A stretch of DNA of 23,765 nt, from NCBI GenBank assembly GCA_051294375.1, contig JBJCIZ010001514.1, positions 1-23,765 on the forward strand, in the 5' to 3' direction. Positions 8,894 through 19,600 of the stretch are shown in pieces. Below the pieces are notes generated by a model. It searched no databases and was not told where the DNA came from. It saw only the letters and a list, made by a program, of their open reading frames with translations. The stretch is from Paraspadella gotoi (lineage: Eukaryota; Animalia; Chaetognatha). The stretch's first letter is position 1, and every line of letters begins with the position of its first letter. Made by a program: the position numbers and the translations under genes.

Positions 8894-10552
8894 CTGGAAA
8901 CCAAGATTTTAAAAATGAAAACCGCAAATTCTTTTTTTTTTTTAGTCACGTTTCTACAAAATTGTAATTCGCAGCCACCTATTGAATGCCCTCCAAGTAT
9001 TGCGCCAGAGTTTGCGCGTCCGGAAAATCGGTGAAACACGTATATCTTCTCCTGGAGTAATTTCTCTGTCGGGATTGAGCTTTTTAAGGAAATCGTTACT
9101 GGTTGATTTTTGAAAATTGAAAATTGTTTTTTGTGACCTATAATTTGTGAAGAGTTTGCCTTACCTTTAAATCCGCGTAGCGGCACGAGTTTTATGATCG
9201 GGGCGTTTGAGTTTCGAGAAATGTTTCGGAACCGAATTCCATTCCACTTTCTGTCAGGTGGAAATTTATTTAAAAAAATTAAAAAAATAATAGGAATATT
9301 TCGATCCTTTTGATTTAAAGAAATTAGAGTTTGACTCTGTGCAACCTTTGAGTCTTTATATGATGGTGGCACTCGTGATGTGTCAAAAAACGCTTTCAGC
9401 GCCCATGCACTTCATGTAAAACAGCTAGCGGACTAGCGAAGTTCACCAGTTTCATTGGTTTGAATCGAGCAACCGCGGTACGGGAGAAAGAAGCCGAAGC
9501 AAACTTGAAGTGGTTAGAGCCTTTCTTTCCCCACCCAACATTCTCACAGAATCGCACACCTCCTCGGTCACCCTGGCATTAAGAGGCTGGCAGCAGCGGT
9601 AAGTCGACTTCGTTTCCACAGTGCATGAGCTGGCACCGTTTGTCTTCTTGACTTCTTGACCTTAGAAGATTTGCCCGAAGTTTCGCCTTCGCGGGAGTAT
9701 GCAGAGAATCTCAGTGTGGCCGACACCCTTTTTCTCCATACTCCCTATTGCCGAAGAACACGTTTGAGAACTTCAGTCGTTAGGGCAGTTGGGATCCACA
9801 AAACTCCTTACCGACGACTGTAAAAAAGGGGGCGCCTGTGCGCGAGAATCTGGCCGCTTCGTAGAAGCGGACTGCAACTCTGAGCGGCTGGCGGCCAGGC
9901 TCATTTGGAAGGCGCGGAAGGAAAAAGAGTAAGAAGCGTTTTTGATAACAATTGTGAGTTAAAAAATTATTTACGCCGGATAGCCCAAGATACGAGTCAG
10001 ATTAAGGAAAGGGCGCGCGAAGAGATCGTTTTTGGTGCAATAAGAAAAAAGCGAAAAGAGTCGAGATATGCCGATCGATCCCTTTGTCAACTTATTTTTC
10101 GATCATTTTCGATGCCTGATTTGGAAATATTTGGGGAAAAAAAATAACCGGTTTTGTCAATTTTGTAATCAACTATTACTGGTTTAAATCTAATCAAAAT
10201 GGAAATTAAAATAGCGAACGCATAGTGAATGAATATACAAGAGAATCCTGAAAAGTATTCCAAATTGTAAGTAATAAGATTAATAATGCATATTCATTAT
10301 AGTTATATATAAATGGCGAAGAAAAGAAGCCACGGTCAGGTAAATAGGGTCGACTTTAATGTCTACTCGTCTCGGAGTAGTCTTCGCACGCCCCAGTGGC
10401 TTAGCTATGTTCTAGCTTACTGAGTTATTAATGTTTCTATTTGTAAATTTGTAAGACATTGTGATTAAACTTTCTTTCTCGTATGTGTTTTTTAGTATAA
10501 TTGAAATTAAAGACAAAACTCTTGTACAGCAACGATTTTATTTTATTGTACA

Positions 10553-10586
10553 GACAAGTTTCGGCATTTCATTCAAGCCTCATCAG
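10553..10586 (-). ncRNA. Minimal type I hammerhead ribozyme core (Penelope-like), stem I incomplete
   Basis: Minus strand reads CUGAUGA-GGC(UUGAAUGAAAU)GCC-GAAA-C-UU-GUC: canonical core, stem II closed by G-C, very short stem III and a GUC cleavage triplet, with AATAAA just downstream. Confidence 0.68.
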
Positions 10587-10589
10587 TTG

Positions 10590-10623
10590 CTGATGAAGGC
10601 TTGAATGAAAGCCGAAACTTGTC
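10590..10623 (+). ncRNA. Minimal type I hammerhead ribozyme core (Penelope-like), stem I incomplete
   Basis: CUGAUGA-A-GGCUU(GAAUGA)AAGCC-GAAA-C-UU-GUC: 5-bp stem II, extra A after the CUGAUGA box, predicted cleavage after C10623. Confidence 0.68.
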
Positions 10624-10628
10624 TGTAC

Positions 10629-10641
10629 AATAAAGAATAAA
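10629..10641 (+). promoter_or_regulatory. Tandem AATAAA polyadenylation-like signals 3' of the hammerhead core
   Basis: AATAAA at 10629-10634 and 10636-10641, mirrored on the minus strand in the left arm. Confidence 0.4.
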
Positions 10642-11545
10642 ATCGTTGCTGTACAAGATTTGTCTTTAAATTCAATATTATTTGTAAAATTAAAATTTAC
10701 TGTCAAGAAGTGAATCGATGAATATAGCAAGCATTTTATCGTTTTTAAATTTTCTTGTGCAGAAATTTCTAAAAACAAAAATTGTATTAAAAATTTTTTT
10801 TTTCTCTAATAAATAAGTGATTTCCGCTTTGGCGCCGTCCTTCGAAAAACGGATACAAAACTTGTTTTAGCGGTTCGGAAGTGAACATTTCAATCGAACA
10901 GGAGGGCGAACTTGAGTCGACAAGGCGTAATTTTAAATTGTAATGTAGCGTTCGATTTGTATTGTAACAAAGCTCTACCAAGTCGAAAATGAATCGGTTT
11001 TCGTCCAGTTTATCTTAAAGCAAGTGAAGAAAGAAAAAAATTGTGAGCGTATGACAATAAAATTTATAAGTGAACTAAAACAAATTTAAGCACGTCAATT
11101 AATATGGGCAATTTGGGCGTAAGGAGATAAGTAAAGAAATGGCGAATTCGATCGAATAGCCGCTGTGCTTGAGACAAAAAAAAAAAGGTGATGTGGTTTG
11201 GTTAACAAAGAGTTTTCCGAAGGTAGACATTGGTTATCTAATAAGTGGATCTTTAGACTCCATGCACGCGAATCAAATAAGAGTAATGATTTCAGGACAC
11301 GCGCCGCTTAACTTTTCCAGGCCAAGCCAATGTCGCTATTCTCACTTATCTCATTCATCAATAACGAATCGAAAATCGTTAGAGAGGCGGCACGTCTTAG
11401 GAGAAATGACTCGGATCCGACTGAACGAATCAGTTTTCGATCCACGCGATGAAAGAAAAGTGAGAAAGATGAAAACTTTGGTCCTTTACTTCGTCAACCG
11501 GTTTTATGTCGCGAGGCCGCGGGGGCCGATTGACTGCTCTGTAAG

Positions 11546-11583
11546 ACGACGGACGACGACGACGACGACGAACGACGACCGAC
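11546..11583. repeat. Imperfect (GAC)n microsatellite
   Basis: gacgacggacgacgacgacgacgacgaacgacgaccgac. Confidence 0.9.
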
Positions 11584-13992
11584 GTGAACGAGGGAGCAGA
11601 ATAACGGCTTCAGCGGTCTTCAATTATATTTAATTCCGCACCGTGGCGACATAACTCAAAGTTCCTATATGTACTAGGTGAACATTTATAAAACCGCGTA
11701 ATTTCAAAAGGAAAGTGTTTCGTTGCAGTGGCTGATCGTTTTGGTCCTCCTAAGTGTAATTCTCAATCCATCAAATACGTCCGCGAGGTGAAGAAAGGGG
11801 AAAGTTGGTGAATGTTGTTCTGAATGTTGATCCTCCTTGACCTTCTATACATATGTCGAGATACATTTTGAGTATTATTATTACCCATAAAGAATGGAAA
11901 TTTTATCACTTAATTCATCGTAATGAAGGAAATGCCACAAGAAAAACAAAAAATAAAAATAGATAAAGTTTGGTGGTGAAAATTATTTTCTATAGCAGAG
12001 CGCCCAGTCCTATAGCAGGTTTATTTAAAAAAGTGTTAGCCAAAGCGATATAATGTCCTACTATTTCCGTAATTATCATGTACATGCCAAGTTAAAGTGA
12101 TTAATCGAAGAAAGAGTAGATTTATCATAAGTAACCATGTGCGACAGTGAAATTATTTTCTCCTCTTAATTTTCCATGGTATTTATTGTGCGTACTCGTT
12201 TTAAAAGAAAACGAAGAATAGATAACGTTCCAAAATACTCGTACTCACTTATTATCAAACCGCAAACCTAAGGCTAAAAGTAAACAAAAATTCAACAACA
12301 CACGATCCTTTTGTTGTCGTTATCGTACCATAGTTCACAAAATATATATATTATTTGTTTAGTCTAAGTCCACTGAGACTGAAAAAATTAAGTAAGATTT
12401 CAACTCTGCCCCCCGCATAAGCCTGGCTCTCTCTTCAATCCCACGACAGGCTTGGCGTCTTTTCCTTCGGCTTCGAGACTCTCAAAAAAGCTTATCGTAC
12501 CAACTTCTTCATCTTGTGAGAGTAAAGCGGAGGGCGATCTCCAACACCGTGCCCGACGCATCGTCGAACGTCGCCGGGGGTCCTAGAAAAGAAAGAAGTC
12601 ATTCGAGGGATTGAATATCATTTTCTGTATTTAATTTTCACACGTTAAATTTGGGTCATTTTTATGTATTGTTAAGGTCGTCGACGAAAGTCAGTTCCGT
12701 TTAGCGTTATCTTAAAATTATATGGTGTCCTTTTTAGGCGGTCGTCGAGTTTACTTTCATAACGGACTGTACTTAATTTATCTTCGTTGAAATTTTTTTT
12801 ATTTTTTTCTGAAAAAAGAGACAGGATTTGACAATTTGAGACAATTTGACATTTTGAGCGAAGAAGGAATTTTCGATTAATATTAAAAATGTAATATCCC
12901 ACATGCTCGTGTCGTTGCTGTTCGTTCACATCACCTTTGAAAAAGCCGGGATGGCGGCGTCGCAGAAATACAGCGACGAACGGCCGCCGAGAAGAGAACC
13001 ATGTCCGCCTCGGGACGCGAAAGACGTCAACCCTCGTCGCCCACTCGTGCGCCTGTCAAGATTTCCGGCGGGCGAAACTGGGCGCGGCTCCCGACGAGAC
13101 GGCGTCCGGCCCAGAGCGCGATTCCTCGGAGGCGTCATCAGGAGATCGAGAGAATGACTCAGTCACATTTCCAACTGAAAATGTAAACCAATGTTTGTAT
13201 GTTGAATGTTCTCTCGTTGTATTTTATTATAGTTTATTTTTTTTTTTTGTTGTTCTTTTTTCTCTTCGAAGTTTTTTGTTAAAAGAGAAAAAGACAAATT
13301 GCAAATAAAAGACACAGATAAGAAGTAATTAATTGTCTGAAAGCTGAATACCTAATGGACAGAGCAGAAAATTTTTTTCCACGATAATGCCAAATTCTGA
13401 AGACCTGGATCAGAAATCTATCGAAGGCGGAAGTTAATAATTTCAACGGTATTTAATTAAATCACGCCCCTTTACTCTTCCAGCTAATATTGGCTATTAT
13501 TGTTATATTATATAACCAATCGTCACCTCCTGCCCTCCTGGACTGGTATTTGACCTTTTTCGAGTGATACCCACCAGACATCATGTTCATTCTCTACCAC
13601 CCGTACCCTCAACCTCGCTCCCTGACCGCAGGCCAACAGTTTTCGTCGGTTTCACATCCTTGTGGACGAAGCCTCGCGAGTGGAGGTTAGTTCAGCCCGC
13701 CGGCGATGTGACGGAAAGCGTTCCCGCAGTTAATCGCGCCACCGGACCCTCCACCAGCTACGGCCCGTTTGAAACTGAAAAGGCTTCGACGAAGGACTTG
13801 AGCGTCCGAGCTCCGCGAACATCGTGATCACGTGGAGTTCGTTGGCGAAGGTGTGCGGTAGCACTTCCTGCGCGGGTTTTAAAGTGGGGCGGTGGGGGAG
13901 TGGAAACAAGAGAGGGAAGAGTGATGTTGGTGACGTGAATTTAGAGTGGCTTCGTTTTGAACGAAAGAAACGATCTACGGAAAGGTTTGGAA

Positions 13993-14020
13993 GTCGTCGT
14001 GGTCGTCGTCGTCGTCGTCG
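13993..14020. repeat. (GTC)n microsatellite
   Basis: gtcgtcgtggtcgtcgtcgtcgtcgtcg. Confidence 0.9.
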
Positions 14021-14806
14021 GTTTCGCCTGAACTAAATTAGTAATTGAAGCTTCCAAAAAGGAACTAAGAAAAAAAAACATACGTTAACGTAAGCAAAGA
14101 AACGAAACGTACGCATGCAAATCTTCCAATCCTGTTCTATTTTCCAAATATTTCTTAATTTCTTACCTCTCTCACTTCTCCAGAAATCTCCTCTCTTTTT
14201 TTACCACTGCTTTCTCCCTTTATATCTTCTCTTCTCTTTTTCTCTCTTTTTCTCTCCCTTCACTACCCTTTTCCTCTCTCCCCCCACCTTTCGCTCACAC
14301 TAACCGCCCACGAAGGCGCTCGTTCTTCGGCGTCATCAGCTTCTTGCTTCCCCAAGCGTCCGCCTCGTGGAATCGGAAGCGTGACGGATGACAAAGTGGC
14401 GCCCCTCGTTGGAGTACTTTGAAAAACGACGCGTAGACGCCCTCGCCGAGCGTTTCCTCGATGAGTACTTGACGACGCAGGGGTTTTTCCTCGGTAAGGG
14501 TGGCACAGGCGGTTCCATCCCTTTGGTTTTCGATGCGGTCGTGTTGTTGTTGATGGTGCGAGTTAATTTTTTTTTTAGGATTTGTTTTTTTTGTTTAATT
14601 TGGATAATTCTATTTTTATCGAAATCAATAGCTTTTAAGTTTAACAAAAAAAAATCAAAGACGACAAAAATCTCGCACTGAGACGTTTTAGTTTTGGATG
14701 AATGGAAAGAAAATTAAAAGTTCAAACTTGAAGAATCGAATTGTCGGAAAATAACAGTAATAAGTAGTTGATCCGGTTTTGTATGGTTTTTTTTTTTTTT
14801 CGTTCA

Positions 14807-14880
14807 AGAGAAAGAGAGAGAGAGAGAGCGAGAGAGGAGAGAGAGAGAGAGAAGAGAGAGGAGAAGAGAAGCGACAGAGT
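14807..14880. repeat. Imperfect (AG)n microsatellite
   Basis: About 70 nt purine dinucleotide run following a T run. Confidence 0.93.
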
Positions 14881-16643
14881 AAGGACACATCGAGAGAGCA
14901 ATAAGAGAGAATAGGTTAAGCATTTGAGATCGAGAGATGGACGAGCAGATAGGAGACTATAAAGAATACTCCGTAAAAGTCTCTATGGGGAGAAAAAATC
15001 CTAGGAGTCGTAGATTTTTTCAAGTACTGTTGCGGGGAAATTAATTAGGACTTGGAAAATTTCTTCATTTCTCGTTGCTAGCTAGAATTATTGGCAGGAT
15101 ATTGTTCTTCTTTTGTAGCCTCACTTTTGTATTCCTACGCTATTGTTAATAATTCACACCGTCTAGGAGAGTAGCTCGCTTAAAAGGAAGTTTAAATTGT
15201 ATTAACATTGCCAAATTGGGTTTGAAATGGCTCTATAAAGCAATTGTACTGAATACGAGTCTGCATGTTAGAATCTTTTTTTTGTCTAGATCTTAGGTAT
15301 TATTATGACGATATTGTTTGGAGAAATACTTTAAACAATCATCCTCACTCCACAATTTACATATTTTTTCTTATTCATTTCATTGTCTCTCTTTAAAATT
15401 ATTTTTCCCACTAAATCTTTTCTCAAACAGATTACTGAATGGGCGTCTCTTCTTCTTTTCATTCCTTTTTCTCTCTGCTCTCCCCTAATATCTCATACAT
15501 TCATCATATCTCAGCACAGTGTCCCACCGTCGTTTTTTATCACGCCTCGGAGACTTGTTGAGTCCCGTTTCCTCGTCCACTCACTCAACAGCAGGATGAG
15601 GGAGTCTGAGTTGGAGTCGCGCGTGTCTTCCGGCCAGGGCGCCGGGCGGCACCGAAACGTGTCGGATGCGCGGCCCTACCAGGTCCCGTTGCGGGCCGCG
15701 GCAAAAAGGACTCAACTCGAGTCCAGCGATGGTGATGGAAGATCGTAGCGGATGAGCTATGAAAAGGGAAGTTCAATATGGGAAGAGAGGAAATAAGGAC
15801 CATTGGGAAAGTGAAAGTATATTATTGAGCCGCGGGTAACACTGAATCTCAGTGCGATACTACTTGCAATGCCTGGTCGTTGAGTTTCTAATAAGTATCT
15901 GGTAGATCCTTAAATTTTTAAAATTTATGGTATTTCTCTTAAACTGAGGAACATTGATATTAACATTTTTGAACATAGTTATATATAAAAGAAGTTAATA
16001 TAGAAAAATATATGACGGGTGAGTACATTTGAACGGCGGTTCGTGAGTATGATTGTCGTGAGGGTCCTTAACAAAAGAAATTATTTTCGCGAGATTATAG
16101 AGAGATAATAAAGTTTACTCTAATAATATGAATGATGAGATTCACGCCAATAACATTAGATAATACAGGCGTATTAATGAAATTTCTAGGTGAGGAAACC
16201 GTAGAGCGCGCGTGGAAGGTCCATAACAGGCCGCAACCTGTGATCATTTGAAGCGACATCCAGCAGTACTCGGTAAGTAACAGTCCACCAAGTTATGGTG
16301 ATTTACCTAGGCATGCCATGTCGGTCGGAGCCATATGGCATGTAATACAATTTAGAAACTTCGTCTTCTCTTTAAGCGAGTCGACTAATCTCTTCGTCCC
16401 CTTACTGCACCGTGATTTATCGACAAAACTTGGGCGTTGGCAATCCAATGTGAGCTACAAAAGAAAAAATCCCTGCGAATACTAGAGAATAAAATCTTCC
16501 AAGGTCCTAACGTTATTCCCGGCAGGCGACGGCCTGCCTCGTCGCTTATGATCATCACGATTCCCCGTCTCGCGTCCGCGTGCCTGCTTTCTCTCTCGGG
16601 ACGCGTGCCATCTCCTCTGGACTCGTCCGATTCATGCTCAGGG

Positions 16644-16660
16644 TCTCTCTCTCTCTCTCT
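16644..16660. repeat. Short (TC)n microsatellite
   Basis: tctctctctctctctct. Confidence 0.85.
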
Positions 16661-19600
16661 GCTCGCTTAAAGAATGTCTTTTTTGTCAGCTAGACTGCTA
16701 AAAACCAGTTATTAAATTGTTTCCTTCACCTTGAGAAATTTGTAAAAAATTGCGAGATATAATCAGTTTTCCTTAGATAGGCAAAGGCCTTCAAGTATTT
16801 TATTTATCGATAATTTGATGTATTGTGAAGCGTACTGAGACATTTGTCGTCGGGTGGTCCTGGTCAATGTCTTCTGCGGATAGACAACAAAGTATACGCT
16901 GACTCCGGCTCTCTGTCGGTATCGAGATCCCGACGCTCGGACCACGGACCCATGTGAATTAGCGAGAGGTCTATGCTCAATTTCTTCAATCCCCGTAGCA
17001 AGAATTGACGCCGGGTGTTACAAGTGTGTACAGGCGGTCAACAGGAAGTGAAAGTTAGCTTTTCGGTGAGTAGACCAAACTGGAGACGCAGATAGTCGCA
17101 TGGATGGTCCAAAGGTCCGTGAGCAGCCGTGGGACGACCATGAGATTCGGTACTTTTAGTGAGTCGATCATGGTATCGGAAGATGTGGGCGTCTGCGCGG
17201 AGATCGACATTTCGGTCTGGATGGGGGTTCTGAATGCTGAGCCAAAGACGTCGACGGATATCTTATGTAGGAGTGATGTATAGGGTTATTGATTGTTGAA
17301 GCTCTGTTGAAGTAATTAAAATAATTGATAATCGATAATTGAGCAATGATTAATGCTGAAAGAGGTGAATTAACTAACACAACTTGGAGATGGCAACTAA
17401 CCTTGGATTTAGTGTCAGCGAGATTTATGCATTCTACATCATATCATTTCGTATTTGACGGGCAATTGACGGCAGTTTTCAACGGAATTTTTACTTTAGG
17501 TTTAAATAACGTTGGAACTTTGTAATTGTAATGTTTAACTATTTTTGGGTTAACGTCATTCAACTTTTGCATTTAAACGGTAATTCAATGTCGCATTTTA
17601 CGCATTCAAAAGCGGAATAGGAACGAATTTAAATGCTTCGAAATAATGCGCTAATTGTAACTATCAATAGAGCAGCTATTACACGACTCTTTCAATCAAA
17701 TTACTCCCTTAGTTTTCATACGAAAGTGATTTCTTCCCACCCACCAAACAAAGTGTGAACGAATTTTAGCATCTTTCACAAGGAGCTACCTCGAAAACAT
17801 TTATATTGACGCTCCGCCCTCGGTAGGTCAAGCTCTCACTATCTACGCGTTAGGCGGGTACTCGTGGCGTTCTTCGCGCAGTTTACTATTCACTCCATTG
17901 TTTAGAGTTATTCCGCAGAGTGAGCAACCTCGTCGTGTTTGTGAACCGGGTCTTCGGTCCGATGTGTCCGGTATTCAGCTGAGGCGTGTTCTCTTCTCTT
18001 TTCGGGATTGTTTCCGTGCGCTCGTCTGCGGTCCTGGCGCCTGTCTGTCACTGCTGGCTTCGTATCCGCAAGCAATGAGAAACTCGGTACGATCAGGTTC
18101 CAGACACTTACTCTCTCTCGTCTTCTACAGTCGACGTTCTGCTCCTCTCTGCTTGCTCTCTGTCGTCTACGTTCTTCCTCCAGTCTCATCTTATCTTCTT
18201 TAATAGGTCCGTCTCTCTATCGATGGACGTTCTTTTCTCGCCCTTCTGAGTCGCGGCACGTCGAATCTTCTCTGATCTCGGTCGCATCGTCCTGGCGCTC
18301 TGCTCTCTCTCTCCGTCTGTCTCGCGATTGTACGATTGCCGCGCGTTTGACGTCGAGCTGAATGCGAAGAATGTACGTAGAACTACGGCATCATCGCCAA
18401 AAAACCGGATAACTACGTTCAATTACTGCTTCATTGCTTCGGACCAAACTGGTCGATCGTTCCTTGCAAGTCTTATCGTTTTAAGCGCTTTCGTATCCAC
18501 GGGGTGGCCCGAGTGGAATTCATGCACAGTAGGCATCGTTCGAGTCCGCTACAACTATGTATTTTGTAAACAGACGGGTTTCAGGTGCCAGACCTCTCTA
18601 TATTTTGGTCGCTCCTTCTGTGGGATTTCGTTTTTTCCTTGTTAACCTTAAATCAGGTCTATGGATCAGGGTCAGTATGGTAGATAAGTTCCAACAAGTA
18701 GAAATTATCTAAGATTTAGTCACAACAGTCCGATCGCAAAGCACAGGATTAGAATCTTAAAAAGACAGCCCAGGAACGGTAGACTCGCAGCCATCAACAC
18801 AACAACGACTCTCTCATCAGAAAACAAAGAGACAATCGAACTCGCGTGCCACGCCTACCCGGATACAACCCTCGTCTCAAGGTACTTCCTCATCTCCACG
18901 AACATTCCTCCTTTTGCTTCTGCAGACTGCGGTCTGGTCGTCAGATAGTCGGCATAGTCCTCACGTCGGAGCGTCTCCGTGACTTTGAACAACCTTTATT
19001 GGGGTCAGTTTCGCGCCGTCCGAAAGCTCTATTGTAATTTTTTAATGTTGTGTGGCTTTAATTCTTCCTCGTTTTTTGCATGAGTCTTCTCCGAAATTTA
19101 GAGAGGAATTAGGGAAAATTATGGGAGGACTGACAAACCTGGTCGATGTTTCGGCCGCACAGCTGTAGAAAATACTTTTTGCATGGAGCGAATGCATTAT
19201 CTCTCACTTGATAGCTGAGCGTGATCCGCGGCCCATAAACCGAAAAGCACAATTGGGGACAATAGTCTGGCACAATCGAGCACGTCAGTAGTTGTTGCCT
19301 TCAAGATGTTTCGTGGGTAAAAATTCTTGCATTAGACTTTGAGTAAAGAGAACATTAAGCTATGGTAGGGGGTAGAGAAGATTGTAAGGGCATGAGAGTA
19401 TAGTCGAGCGCTGATGTGCTGGAACTCTCGTGACGAAACGCATAAAGCAGAAGGGACAAGTTCACTCAGGTGCTGTCGGTCATCTTCCAGTCAGATTCTA
19501 CTTAGGCGCACATCCTCCATGGATTGTGGTCGATGTGAGGTGAGTATTGTTTGCTGTCGGGTCAATCGTAGATTTGTTAAGCTGATCCACATTTGCCTGC

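Larger units (their letters stand above)
10500..10676. repeat. Near-perfect palindrome (87-bp arms, 3-nt spacer TTG at 10587-10589)
   Basis: 10500-10586 is the reverse complement of 10590-10676 except for one substitution and four small indels. Confidence 0.96.

Noticed and set aside
8737-9372. 211-aa minus ORF as one CDS
   Set aside because: GTG start and it runs through intron-like A/T tracts (KKKK, FLIFL); not protein-like overall.
9509-9525. GTGGTTAGAGC as a tRNA/SINE A-box
   Set aside because: No B-box or cloverleaf downstream.
12555-12586. Hairpin CGACG-cat-CGTCG followed by CTAG as a Helitron end
   Set aside because: Only a 5-bp stem, and CTAG is followed by A rather than T.
12903-13308. 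Overlapping ORFs in a GC-rich patch (ATGGCGGCG start at 12951)
   Set aside because: Several frames are open because of GC content; short and with no recognisable product.
13396-13424. CTGAAGA...GAAATCTATC as a third hammerhead
   Set aside because: Stem II is only 2 bp and offset, and stem I is at most 2 bp; compatible with chance.
14969-14992. CTCCGTA...TATGGGGAG imperfect palindrome as a MITE internal motif
   Set aside because: Single short imperfect copy; no terminal inverted repeats or TSD found.
19225-19345. RPI...QLG...ILALDFE as a LINE reverse-transcriptase remnant
   Set aside because: Motif spacing is far too short, the motifs are not in one open frame, and a stop falls where KAFD is expected.
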